Assembly (NCBI GenBank): GCA_030704615.1
Contig: CM060731.1
Span: forward strand, 21,514,001 to 21,578,000
From: Takakia lepidozioides
Taxonomy: Eukaryota; Plantae; Bryophyta
DNA: 64,000 nucleotides
Direction: 5' to 3'
The notes under the pieces are model-generated. The model made no database searches. It was not told the DNA's origin and saw only the letters and a list, made by a program, of their open reading frames with translations. Below are positions 47,089 through 60,050 of this stretch, in pieces. The first letter of the stretch is position 1; each line of letters starts with the position of its first letter. The position numbers and the translations under genes were made by a program.

Positions 47089-47950
47089 AGGTACAGAGTT
47101 GTGCCTATGTAGCAGCTGATCACCATCAGTATGATTGGCATCTCTTGATTTCTGTAGTTTGAAGACTTGTAGCTTGTTGGGCAATGACTCTAGAGCTAAC
47201 TAGTAGTAGGATTTAACAGTAAGTGTTGATTTCCCTCTAGATTGATGGTGCCTTGCATTGCCAAGTTGAACAGTTGAGAATAGGTAGACTGCTACTAATC
47301 AATATCAATTGATGTCGCACTTCCCAGCAAGTACCAGGTACTTAGATCCATTGTGTACTATGACATCAATCTCAAAATTCAGCACCACAACTGTCTCATT
47401 CTCTAGGTAATATTATAGGCATTCCAAAGGGTGGCTGCAATGTTTCCTCTTGATCCAGGGAAAGTTGGATGTGATGGATGCACGATGGGTATGGATGGAC
47501 CCATTACAGTCTACAAATACCTTGTCCATTTCACTCGACAGACAGGGTCTTAAATCGCCCCACGAGATCAATAGGAATTTGAATATTCATGAATATTATG
47601 CTCAGCTCGCCATTGTCATGCGGGTCCTCCAAATGAACTGAGTTACATTATTTGCTTCCCCCTGTTTCCATTCCAGTTTGAGGGGGTTGGTCAGTGCAAT
47701 GATGTCAACGTAAGATGGTCAAAATGTGTGTTTGCTTCGTGGCACTTCATGTTGAACCTTCTGTCGCCTCTTGTTCCCATTGGCAGTACTTAGATACCGA
47801 TACATCAATTGATCTAAAGAATTTCAGTAATAAAGGAATCTAATCCTGGCCTGAGTTATCAACTTGCCTCTTTCAGGCTCAGTGAGACAAAAATTAAAGG
47901 CTTTATTGAAAGGAAAAAAGGAAACAAGCAAAAAGGAACGCAAATCATAC
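47089..47950 (+). repeat. Segmental duplicate of 38174-38940 (last intron, last exon and 3' UTR of the DUF6816-like gene)
   Basis: Collinear similarity, e.g. GTACAGAG..GCCT.TGTAGC..CACCATC, CTTAGATCCATTGTGTACT, GGATGTGATGGATG..GGGTATGGAT..ACCCATTACAGT, CCTGGCCTGAGTTATCAACTTGCC. Confidence 0.9.
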
Positions 47951-48620
47951 AACAGTTGACAATGTACATCAAAATCTCGGGCTTGAGTCTTCTAAGCCTT
48001 ACTCAAGATCTGTTATTGCCCTCTCTACTATGAGATCCGTGGGAGATTCAACATGTCTATAATTCGGTGGAACCCAATCTCTCACAGAAGTCTCCCATCA
48101 GACAAGCTTGGTAGCTTATCTGCATGCATGAGGCCTTGACCCCTTATGCAATCCCCTGAAGAGTAGCTGCTTTTGGGCTGCTTTTGGCTCTCTCTTTGAG
48201 TGGTTTTGTCTTATTCTTATTTCTTGTTTTTCCTTTTGTCCCCATAAGCGTAACTATAAAGTACTGGTCATTTCATTTCATTTCTCTTTGGCACGATCAT
48301 GGCTGTTATGGATTTTTGGCTCATTCCTCTCCGGGGAATTGTTTTACGCAAAGAAATTTCAAAGCGTGATGCGGCCTTCTTCCCACGAGATACACTCTGT
48401 TCTTCTAAAAACCAGGCTTACAAGCTGTACATTCTTGGTCACACTGCAACCCGCATTGCAAACTAGTGTACAAGTTTGACAGCACATATGATGAACTCAT
48501 TTTACCTGCTCTAAGTCGAGCTATAAGATTTTGTTTCTGTGATTGAGCTGCTGTTGTCTATGCACTCAAGCCTTGTTCACGGGTAATGCTCGCCTGCCGT
48601 TGCCGACTTTAATTTCTCAG

Positions 48621-49730
48621 TCTACCGGGTACTGTGCAATGAAACTGGTCCTCTGATTCGAAGGACAGAGGCGGGACCAGCCTGCGATTCGCAGACAACC
48701 GTAAAATATAGATTTTATCCCGTGACGTTAGACTCAAACGATGGCAACAAAGTGAAATTATGCACAAGCATTGATTCACCATCCTTTGAGGCCTTGGATA
48801 CGACAGATCAGGAGCGATTGAAGAAATTATTAGATGAGATCACCGATGGATCCAGGGAGCCCACTGATTCCATCGGATGAAGATGGGGCAGGCCGTGGCG
48901 GAGGTGGCTCGGGTTCCAGATCCGGGCGGCTGAAAGCTCAACCAGACTGCGTTCTCATAGTTTTGAGCGCAGTTCAGGCAGACAGATACAAGAACCAGGG
49001 CGTTCAGCTCGCAAACATGCGAACAATTCTGCGAAAGAAGGGTGAGTTTGCAGATCTGTACTCATGTAAGTACTTGAATGTTTTAAATTCTGATGTGAGG
49101 TTTGTGCATTATATGTTCGGCTAGCGATTTAACATACCTCCAACTGAGAGTCATACGTTACTGTTTCGCCAGAGCAATGAGAATTCATTTTGTAGCCTGG
49201 CTTAAACATTGTCAAGTTCTGGGTTAAAGTCTTAACATGATCAAGTATGTCATGTGGTCCTCGGGAGCATAGCTCGTGTATTCAGAGGGTTCGATTTAAC
49301 ATAGTAGACTACACTTAGAACTAAAAACGTCAGATGTGGCCTGCAAGAAATTTTGTTTCACCTCATTGTAGATGTATAGATCGTCAATGAGAGTGGAAAC
49401 GACTAGTTAGCTCGCCTTAATTTATCCATTCTTACGACGTGCAAGTGATTGCAGCATATTATAATTTATATCGCGGTTGTGCTGATCTGCAGGCATGCCA
49501 TTCGTGATTGTCATCACGAATGAAGACAAGGTGAGCGCAGAGGATTTGAAAGTCGTCGTGGAGAGAGCCCGGGGAAATGGCAGTACAGACTCTGTAAATT
49601 GCTTAGCTAACTATGTGCAATCACCCCTTTTCTGGAGACAATCTCAAAGTGAACATAAGCGCAGACCGGGAGATATTATACATCATGAAACAGGCCCACG
49701 AGTATGCCAAAATGGGCAGAATTCTTTCTA
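48621..49730 (+). pseudogene. Frameshifted fragment of an IFI44-like / plant P-loop GTPase-like gene (G1 exon not found)
   Basis: After the acceptor at ~48620: YRVLCNETGPLIRRTEAG..QTTVKYRFY..IDSPSFE..LLDEITDG (stop/shift) PDCVLIVLSA..LRKKG|MPFVIVITNEDKV..VNCLANY (shift) NISADREILYIMKQA. Motif order resembles the G2-G3-G4 region of IFI44-type GTPases. Confidence 0.5.
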
Positions 49731-50194
49731 AAGTTGCGTTTAGTCACCAGTTGTTGCTAAAGACGTTTTCTCTCAAATATAGTTCTCCTCCTGACTGTCT
49801 ATTTTCTAACATTTGGAGAGACTTTCCTTGGAATGGATTCTGCAATTTCGAGCACTTGATTGATTACATGTTTATACTGTCCATCAGCAAGCACGTTCAG
49901 GGAGTAAGTGTTGCGTTAGCATATGGGTCATGAATCTCCAACCGTAGAAATTCCAACGGTCAAGCAAAGTGATAGATATAGCCCTATCTCAAATTGGAGA
50001 TCTCTCCGATCCGTAACCCCCTTTTCCAAAAGTAAGTAAAAATTAAAAGTATTCGCTTAAAAAGTAAACCTAAGAAAAGAAGGAAGTAGAAACTAAGCTT
50101 TTAGCCTGGACTATATAATGATAAGCGCGCTTCACTTGAAGAACGTTCTTCAAGTGTTACTTGCCTACTCTTACATACTCTGATCACTTGCTAG

Positions 50195-50412
50195 CTGACT
50201 GGTCTGATCTTCACTTGGGTACTCTCACAGACTGTCTGATCTTCGCTTTCGCAGTCTTACAGACTGTCTGCGCTTTCGTACTCTTACGAACTGTTCTGAT
50301 CTTCACTTGCGTACTCTTGCAGATTGTCTGATCTTCACTAGCGTACTCTTACATCTGAGATTTTTTCACTTATAGACTTTTTGATCTTCACTTTCGTGCT
50401 CTAGACTGTCAC
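50195..50412. repeat. Degenerate ~30-bp tandem repeats in the 5' UTR of SAUR copy 3
   Basis: Recurrent CTGATCTTCAC/GCTT.CGTACTCTTAC/AGACTGT units. Confidence 0.7.
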
Positions 50413-50415
50413 CAG

Positions 50416-50952
50416 TTGCTCCATACGATGTGGGCATCCTGTTTCTCACACCCACAGGCGGTGCCAAGGGGCTGTTTCACCACTACTGGTTCAATATATC
50501 CACCGGGGGTCAACTCTATGAAGCAGCGAAGCCTGATCAAATCTGTGACAGATTCTCATGTCTCACACCCACCAAGAGGCTGCTTCACCTCTGTTTTAAA
50601 CCTACCGGGGGTCAGCTCTATCATTAAATTTGTGACAAAATCTCATGCTTCTCACCCACCGGGGGTGCCAAAGGGCTGCGTGGCGGTCTACGTGGGCACA
50701 GAGAGGCGCCGATTTGTGATCCCAATTGTTCTCCTCAGGAATAAACTGATTGGTGAGTTGCTTGCCAAGACCGAGGAAGAATATGGGTACGAGAACGAGG
50801 GGCCCGGCGTGCGCATCTCTTGCAACCCTGTTCTCTTCGAGCAATTCTTGACACGGCAAATTAGAATGTCATACATGCAGAGAGGCGTACTTAACGGTGG
50901 TCCGAGTGTGAGGTCCCAAGACTCGCGAACTAATACAGACTCGAGCGATTAA
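50416..50952 (+). CDS. SAUR-family protein with triplicated N-terminal SHPP.GC motif
   Basis: SHPPGVPKGCVAVYVGTERRRFVIP..GELLAKTEEEYGYENEGPGVRISC. Upstream TTTTAGCC.GG.CTATATAA promoter block as in the other SAURs. ATG likely at 50428. Confidence 0.85.
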   Translation: MLHTMWASCFSHPQAVPRGCFTTTGSIYPPGVNSMKQRSLIKSVTDSHVSHPPRGCFTSVLNLPGVSSIIKFVTKSHASHPPGVPKGCVAVYVGTERRRFVIPIVLLRNKLIGELLAKTEEEYGYENEGPGVRISCNPVLFEQFLTRQIRMSYMQRGVLNGGPSVRSQDSRTNTDSSD

Positions 50953-53821
50953 ACTACGGTGGAGCCCTACAAGAAGATTCCAGCACTTTGAGGACTTCTG
51001 TGTGCTTAGTGACACTAGCGTTGTACCAACTCTAGCAGCAATTGTTTGAAATTAGGACTTTGTGAATGACAGCCTCTGGCAAATTTCTAGTTAGTTTTCT
51101 GATAGTTCTCTGAGGCTTCAGTTTAGGTGCGTACTGATGGTGCTCCTGCTACTTTAGGATGCTACTTGACCATCGATTTAGTCAAATGACCAAAGACTTT
51201 GGTCTGTGTACTCTGTCGGCATTGCAGCGAAAGGAAAATAACAGCAAATTTCTATTCTACAATTTCTAGCACTTGATTGATTACATGTCCATCAGCTATG
51301 CACACTCAGAGGGTTAGTATTGCGTTAGCACATGTGGTCATCTCCAACCAAAAGTAAACCCTCTGTATGTTCGTCTTTAGAAAATCTCCTTGTGATTTCT
51401 GTTTTACATCTAATTAAAAGTGATATACATAAAACAACTCCCGGGAATCTAATTGTAGCAAAGGATCTCGAATAACCCTATAGAGAGTCGAGACTGAACA
51501 GATTCCTTACATAAGGCCAGCCTTCTCATGATCTCATCACATGACGAGTACTGGCATCGTTCTCGAGTAGGTGGTTTCTGATTTCTGCATACAGTCCGCC
51601 TTTCTACATTAAAATCAGATGGTATCTCCAGCCTAACATGAAATCGACCACACCTGATCACATCGCCGATTTGAGATCCCAGTTTTTCTCCTGGCAAAGC
51701 ACTAATATTCACAGTGACATAACTATGTTTCCTAGAGTGCAGAAGGGTTTTTTTCTTTCCTCCAGTACAACGGCGAAGGGATTATAGTAATTCCACCGTA
51801 TTCGCAAGAAACCTAGATATCACTCTTTCCCAGAAGAACCACAGCACATTATACAGATGAATTACCGCGACACGCAAGTACAATGTCAAGATTTTTGATG
51901 CTATAGGATACTTCAGTAGGGACCCTGCATGAGTTCTACAACACAGACAAAAGAAGCAGCACAGCTGGAGCTGCCGACTGTAGACTCAATGAGGGAGGTG
52001 GCTACTGAAACGCAAAACGACGGAGAGACAAAAGAAGGTAGCACACGCGCCCCCTCCCCTGGAGATAGACAAAGTGCCAATGTTGCAGATACAATTAGGG
52101 TAAAGCAAGTAGAGGGGACGGAGATGTCAAAGGAGCATCCAAGTGTGCATTCAGTGGTAACACGTGCAAATCAATCAGGCCACAGAAAGACGAGAGGAGG
52201 AGGTAGCCTCAGCTCTCCAGGCCATGGTGACAAACAAGTGGCGGGGAGGCGAGCAGGACATAGACAGTGGTGAAGGTGGAGAATACATGTTCAGAGTCTA
52301 GTGAGGGAGCAGAATACCGGATTACAGAAAAACGAGATGGAGAAGGGTGTCCCTGGCGCCAGCCGCAAGAAGAGAGTAATCAACATGAGAGCACCAAGCA
52401 GAAGAGATAAAAGTGCAGAGAAGAGAAGAGACACAGGTCTTGCAGGTCCGCGACTTTCCAAAGACTGTGATGGCGGCAGTCCAAATTTAGTCAGGTTCAT
52501 TGCCTGATCCTCCAGAGGATGACACATGCACTATTTTGAATGTACTCATGCGTGGGGGAAAATTTTTCTTCTTCGCCTCCATCGACACTATGTTCGGTAG
52601 GATCTCTCGCACACATTGTCTCTCAATGGGCGTGGACCTGGGTGGCGGGGATCTTCTGCTCTTGGCCAGCCCTTTCCCTCTCTCGTTTTCCCTATCGCAG
52701 TAGTGATTTTTACAACGTTTCCTTGATGCCTGAGTTCCAGGGAATATACCTTTTGATCTGCCGAGGTACATTACGTCGGTCTCTAGTCTGCACGCGTGTA
52801 TTGGAAACTGTGGCAACGATCTTGTGATGGGCATCGACAGATTCTTCCCTCGGTCGAGGTATAGAGAATCTCTCAATCCGAAAGTAGCGGAACTTCAGCA
52901 GAGGAATCCCAACATGCATGCATACGGGTGCTGTTTCTGTTTCTCTCACCACTTAATGCGATGAAGCACATAAGCCCAAAACTTAATCTTGCTTTCACGA
53001 ATGGAGGTTCGCTCTCAGAAAGTTGGTGGTGGAAGACAAAACGAGTCAAGGTATGTGTGTCAATATTAATTAAATACAGTGCCATGTAAAAAGCATTTCA
53101 GATTCCATAATATAGATCACAACTGCGTCTTGACAAGCTCAACACAAGATTTGGGAAGGGGAGGTTTGATGGGACACCAACAACGCGCATAGCCCATCAA
53201 AGCATGCTTCATCCTTCAACTCAGGTAGGGCTTAGGGCCTCCAACACAGCTCGACAACACCCTTCACACAAGCATCATTGTTGTGTGTACACACCAGTGA
53301 GATCCGGATTAACTTCATCGATGCCTTCCATTAGCTTTTGGAGAGTGAGGAGCACCTTCTGGACTGTTTACCGTATCCTTGTTTACCGTATCCTCCAAGT
53401 CATCAGTTCGGTGTCTCCAATCAATGTTTAGCGTGTCGTGCAGTCATTCCTCTCTTCAATTTGCAACTTCTTGTAAATTAGCTTGCTCTGTGCGACGCTG
53501 AACGGTGATCAAGATGACATCCTAATCTCTGAGAGCTATTCATGTTGCTCTACTCAAATGAGTGCATATAGGGCACCCTCTACCTTCTGAACATTTGCAG
53601 TGTGTCTGAGACAGCGCTGGAGAGACGCCTTGAAGTCTTTCAGGGACCTATGCATTCTTGTACAATTAAGCCTTCAAGGAACTTCCACAGTAGCAACTTT
53701 TGTAGTGGGAATGAGACACTGTAGCCTGTCTAGATCCAGGGTCCAGAAAACGAGTTACTTCTTAGAGAGTTTGTTCACTTCAGTGTTTTACGGATGCTCC
53801 CTCAATAGCAAGTTGGATATT

Positions 53822-55041
53822 TGTTAGATGCTTTTGCTATTCATGTCATGACAGACATAGGAGTGCAGATTAGAATAGCACTAGGACTTCAAATAGAAAT
53901 ATCTAAAGTTGAGGTTTGTGTATTTAAGTAGGCACTTCAGGCCATTGAATCAATCTCTTTCAATCTCTCTTGGAATAAAGTGTGTCTCTCCAGAAACCTA
54001 TCTTTGTCTCTGTTTCTGTATAGTTAGCATAGTTGTATGCTAGAGTACTCATCGTCTTTCCTCCTGTGAAAATCCTGAAGTTAAGTCATCATGACTTCTG
54101 GTGCAACCACCAGCTCTAAGAAGAATTCAGGTCAACAGGTTATGGGCCCACAGGGTTCAGATGAGTTAGTGTCAAAGCTCCTACAGACGTCACTCCCAAA
54201 ATTTGGTGCTGAAACAGAGAAAGCTTTGGAACATAGCAAAGGGCACTGAGCATGGACCTTTAGAAAGTGATGCTGTAAATAGGTTGCAACATGATGAGAG
54301 GGATCAGAGGGCACAGGCCTTAATTGTATGTGCGTACAGCTACAACTGCTAAAGAGACATGGGATAAGTTGGAGGCTCAATATGAGCAGAAGGCATTAGC
54401 AAACAAACTATACCTTCTAAGACAACTGATGAACATACAGATGCAGTGCAGGAGACACCATGACAAGTCATATCAATAAGCTAGAGTCAGTGAGTGATGG
54501 CATGTTAGTAATGATTTTGTTGTTAGGCTTGCCAGAGAACTATCACAACCTCATTACTACTCTAGAGACTAGGATAGATGCTCTGACGTTGGAACTTGTA
54601 AGTAGGAGGTTGCTGCATGAGGAGTTGGAGATGAAGATGAAGATAGAAGGGACATCTTCAAGTGATGAAAAAGCTTTTTATGTACAGAAGCTGAAGGGGA
54701 AACCCAAACAAGAGTCATATGGACAGAAAAAGCAACAACCGAAGAAAAAATTCAAGCAAAGAGGCAACTGTAACAATTGTCATGAGCTTGGTCACTTGGC
54801 ACAAGAATACCCACATCCAAAGAGGTCCGCAGAGAAGGGGCAAGCACATACAGTTGAGAATGCTTTTGTGACCCGCTGACAAGGTTTCAGCAGCAAACAA
54901 TAACGTTAAACGCAGAGGACCAGGCATGATGCCCAACAAAGCCACTCAATCCAATAGAATTGAAGTTTGTTCCATCCTCGGCAGAGCCAATAGAGGTCGT
55001 GTGTCTTCCAGAAGCTTCAAAATCAGGGAGCTGATATGTTG
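53822..55041 (+). mobile_element. Truncated Ty1/Copia element: 5' LTR (~53822-54137), half-tRNA-Met-type PBS, degenerate gag
   Basis: LTR TGTTAG...CAACA is followed by GGTTATGGGCCCA (54138-54150). Gag fragments WDKLEAQYEQKALANKLYLLRQL, LLLGLPENYHNLITTLE, RLLHEE and a degenerate knuckle CNNCHELGHLAQEY. Confidence 0.85.
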
Positions 55042-58000
55042 CACTACTACGTTTAGGGGGGGTTAGCGATGCCGAGACCCCGAGCGCGCCGGACACGCCA
55101 ACCCCCTGCGACTGCAGCGTCGCGTAGATGCTCGGCCCGGGACTTGCGACGTTGGGGCATCGCAATGTCGGCGCTCGGACGACGTTGTGGCATCTTGCAA
55201 TGCCATGCCGTCGTCGAAAAGGGACCTGACCTCATTCCCCGCCAACGCATTGGGGGGTTTGTCCCATTTTTTGCATGGATGTAGTGGTGCAAAGCCTGAT
55301 GTCACAAAACAAAATAGAGCTAAAAATAAAATCATTACGCCCCTCAAAACCACAATAATATATTTTCTAAATGCAAATATTTATTTTAAATTCGATTTAA
55401 TTCGAAATTGGTGCAAGGGTGAGTGCGTCGTTGGGGAGTTTTTTTATTTTTTATTTTTTTATTTTCTCCTGCTGGATCTTTGTACAAGTGTTGCACACAT
55501 ATTTAAGCACATGTAGGAAAAACTGAAGCTTGAGCCACATCCGTTTGTTGGGTGCAATGGCATGAGAGGATTTTCTTTTACATTAATAAACAAAAATTGG
55601 TTGATAGGATGAATGTGTCATTGGGGGGGCAAATGATTTTGTATGAAAAGGGCGCCCTCGCTGGCACTAGATGCCGTACTTGCCAGGTTCCGTGAGACTA
55701 GATAAGATATCAATGTACATACCAGGAAGTCCACCAACAGTTTCAAGTAAGAAAAATGTGATCAATGTGTAGAAAACAAATACGACATATTGAAACTTTG
55801 CATGCGTGTACGTTGCGCACATACATGTAATTATTGAATGACATATTTGATGCACACACACATTGAAGGTTGTTGTTTGCATTTCGCTTATAATGAAGTG
55901 TATGGTTGCAAGGACACATTATAATATATGTCCCTATGTTCATTTGTTCGTATCAGGACTTTGTCCATCCCTTCCCGGTCTTTTTTCTTGGCACCCATCC
56001 GAAAACAACCCAAGTACATCAGGCGGGAGCCGTGGGCGAGACGCTGCCCCCACGGTACCGGACGATGATGACGATGACAGTGATAGTGACAGTGATAACA
56101 ACAATGAGCATGGAATTAACCAGGAGGATGTGCAAGCCATGGAGGATCTCTTAATGCATCATGTGGGCGCTGAGGCATCCCATGAAGAAGGAACCCGGCC
56201 AGTCGATGATCCTGAAATGGCCCCCTCAAATGACATGGAGAGGGAGGCGAGAACTCCCTTGTACGAAGGGGCGAAAGTGAGTCGACTTTCAACAATCTTA
56301 CTTTTGCTCAATCTTCAAATTCGATTTGGCATAAGTAATGTTGGGATGTCTGCCATAAAGCGAACTATTACAGACTATATCCTTGCTTCACACTTGAAAC
56401 CCAAGATGTCACGGTCGCGGAAAGAGGCGCGTGAAGTCTTGGACTCTGTGGGGATGGGCTATAAGATTTTTCATGCATGTCCATGTGATAAAAACCCTAT
56501 ATTACGGAGAGGATTCGCATCTCACCAAGTTCCCAAAGTGCAAGAAAGACCGATATCGGGATGATGTCCAAGGGAAAAAAGTACCACGCAAGGTATAAGC
56601 ACCATTCCCCCTCGCATGGAGATTATTAGAGAGTAGTACTCATGCAAGATCTGATTGTGGTTTTGGAAGGAGTGAGTGAGGAGTGGAAGGAGCGACGTTT
56701 GGGTTTGACCATTCACACCCAAATGAGGGAGAGGCTGCATAAAGAGAAAGGCATAAGGGTGTTGTATTATGTGTGCTAATGGGATGATTACATGTGGGGG
56801 CGTGGGGTATTTCATCCTAGAAAATGCATTACTTTCCGATCATCCCGCGATTGAGGGCACAGTACCGAAGCCCCGAATTGGCTAGACTCATGAGATGGCA
56901 TGCCTCGCATCGGAGCCCCCCGGGAAAGGTGTGCGGGCCACAAGATTCACAAGCATGGAGGCATATTGAAGAGATGTGGCCTTTTCTCTTGGAGGACCCA
57001 CGACATGTCCACCTCGGCTTCTCCTCGGATGGGGTCAACCCATTCTCTGTCCAGTCATGTAGTCATTCCACTTGGCCGATGACCATGGTGAATTACAACA
57101 TCCCTCCGTATCTTTCAATTAAAAAAGGTCATATCATGTTGGCTGCCATTGTGCCAGGTAAGTGTATTCATTTCATGTTTATTATTGCCTTGGACTTTAC
57201 ATTAAACTTCTGATCTTTGACGCAATTCGGATGCAAGATTGATGAGTGACATAATCATGGAGTAAGATGTGTAATTCATTTTGTAGTATAATTTGTATAT
57301 TGGTGGAGCATTGAAACAATGATGTGAATGTCTCAAAGGGAAAAAACAAGTGGCAAACATGGACACGTACTTACGACCTCTTGTTGATGAACTTAAAGAG
57401 CTATGGAGGGGGGTCTCGGCATTGGATGTTTCACTTGACCTTATGGCCGGACAATCTTTTCACATGAGAATTGCTTTGGACAATGCATGATTATCCAGGT
57501 ATATTATGTTCCCCATGAACAACCCGCGTACATTCACTTGTCAATGCCGGATGAGGATGAGGATTGGGATTGATTGAAGTAGCGGCGACAGTCTTGTGTA
57601 CCGTAGTGGGGTAGATGGCATTATGGGCCATGCACATGACAACTTTTTGTTTTTGCTAATGTGGCGGGATGTGTAGTACAGGACTAACTGTTTGCTCGGG
57701 GCTAAGCACCAAAGGGCACCATGCATGCTTGCATTGTGGCAATGATCTTGATGCACATAGCTCCCGCCATCTTCACAAGATGGTGTATCCCAACTACCGC
57801 AAATTTCTTCCTATGAGCCATCGATGGAGAAGAAGAGAGAAACACTTGTTTGATGGCAAAGAGGAAGTACGTCTCCCCCCTATGACACCGTCCGGGCAGT
57901 TTTGGGAGGACCGATGGAAGGAGACCCATGCGGGCACGGACGGTGAAATGGACGTGCCCGACATGAAATGACTTCAATCTTCTACGAGTTGCCATATTGG

Positions 58001-59230
58001 GCGGTACATATTCCACAAAAACACCGTCAATATCCATATGCATGCATGTGATATTGCACATTTGGTATGCATTGCATTGTCACTTTCACGTAAAAAAATT
58101 TGTGTAAGTCTTTGTGGGTGGGGATATATGTAGGACCTGAAGATTCGTCATCTTCTAGATCCCATGCATATTGAGAAGAATGTCTGCTCGTCCATTTTTC
58201 GGGTTCTTCATGGCACGCCGGCAAAGAAGGGAGTGGCTGCAAAAGGAGATTCTCTCGGTGTTAGAAAGGAACTTGAGGAGCAGGGTCGCATGCGCCATCT
58301 ATGGGCCGAACAAAATGGTGTGGACCCAAAGGGTGTTGTACAGTGGAAGTATAGGCGCGCACCTTGGCAATGGACAAAGGAGGAATACAAGAAAGTGATA
58401 GCCACCATAAGTGCTGTCCGAACACCAACTGGTTATGGATCATCCCTCCGTATGAAGTTCAGCGAAGAAGACGGGGTCCATGGTTTGAAGTCTCATGACT
58501 ACAATCTATTGCGAGACATCTTGCCCATTGCAGTACGTGGGGCATTGACTCCCGAGGTTCGTGAGACAATCTATAGATTGGGAGGCTTGTTCCGGTGGAT
58601 TTGCTCCAAAGAGTTGGAAGAAGCAGATTTTCCACGCATGAAGAAGGAGGCGGCGGAGGTAATGTGTATGTTGGAGATGCACCTTTCTCCCTCCTTCTTT
58701 GACATCCAAGTGCACTTGGTAGTGCACTTAGTGGAAGAGGCTTCGATTGCCGGCCCCGTTCATTCTCGGTGGATGTACTTCCTTGAGCGTTATATGAAGA
58801 CTTTGAAAGGATTTGTAAGACAAATGGCGCACCCGGAGGGTAGCATGGCGGAGGGATATACGTTGCAAGAAACTATGTTCTATTGCACGGAGTACATGAC
58901 AAGGGTGGATGAGGAATCCCCTCGGATCCCGGGGGGTGCACTCTTTATAAACTGTGTCTATCACGTGCGTTCGTCGCCTAATAAAAAAACCCCCTGTATA
59001 CGGGTCCTTGGATAATTTATACCCCCTCTGTACATACTTTTTGAAGATTATAAAATCCCCTCCTGTAAATATACAAAAATTTACAATTTTCGAAAAGTAC
59101 CCCCTTCTGTATGTATATTCTCATTTTTCATCATTAAAAATAACCCTCCAATATGTATATGTATGTTTTTATATTATATCGAATTTATTCATTTAAAACA
59201 TAATAAAATCTAACAAATTAATTAAAAAAA

Positions 59231-59683
59231 TTATTTGCCTTTGATAAAGTTGTCAAAGACTTTTCGGTCATTTGCATCAAGAACATATGTGTTTGACTTG
59301 ACATTGTACTTTAAACATGCTAACGCGATAATGGAATCCAAATCAACCATCATGTTATCCGTTAAATCGTACGTATAGACCCCTCCTCGAATTTTTTGGT
59401 ACCATGCTAACCCAATCTCCATATGAGAAGGACGCTCCAATAAATCAACAGAATCCCTACATTCTACAAACCGCTTATTGATTTTCTTCCGCATTCTTTG
59501 AACCCTGCCCAAATACCAAGTGCCTTTGGTTGCTCCTCTGCAAGTTTTCCCTGGTCTACCTTTCCTGTTTGTAGTTTGTATCGCAGTCTCCCCATCAACA
59601 AAAAATACAGCACAATCCGAACCCAATCCCAAGCTCGTGGCTTTGTTGCTGGTAGTTGGTTTGTTTTCTCGGCAAAACAACAT
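59231..59683 (-). CDS. Unknown ORF remnant inside the TIR element (possible C-terminus of its own protein)
   Basis: 150-codon open frame with protein-like composition, ending just inside the left subterminal region. No motif recognised. Confidence 0.35.
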   Translation of the reverse strand: MLFCRENKPTTSNKATSLGLGSDCAVFFVDGETAIQTTNRKGRPGKTCRGATKGTWYLGRVQRMRKKINKRFVECRDSVDLLERPSHMEIGLAWYQKIRGGVYTYDLTDNMMVDLDSIIALACLKYNVKSNTYVLDANDRKVFDNFIKGK

Positions 59684-59774
59684 CGATGCACTTCTTACTC
59701 ATGTCAATCTATCATTGGATAGAGTAGGGCTGCCATTGAGTTGGCTAACCAAAGTGCTTTTGAATATGGTCTTC

Positions 59775-60050
59775 CCGTCTACTTTGACAAATGGAACCAC
59801 TGCACTTCCCTGAACTTGTTTCTAGTCAGTGAAATGGGGGAGGACATCTTGGATGACCTCAAGGGTCCACCCACTCTCGGCACTAGACTGAAATTTAAAC
59901 TCAGGGAAGGAAGCCTACCTTTGAACATGAAACAGAAGCAGAGAGGAAAGGGGGAGTGCACTCTCCCAAGTGAACCTGCATCATTCAGTTGGCAAGACCG
60001 TGTCTGAAAAATTGATCCATTTGAAGACACCATGGTGCAGCTGAGCACAG
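59775..60050 (+). mobile_element. Short inverted LINE fragment
   Basis: TSLNLFLVSEMGEDILDDLKGPPTLGTRLKFKLREGSLPLN..KQRGKGEC is an opposite-orientation copy of 60800-60960. Confidence 0.75.

Noticed and set aside
51450-53800. Purine-rich ORFs (51929-52273, 52301-52507, 52500-52827)
   Set aside because: Look like decayed coding or TE sequence, but no family or termini could be identified.
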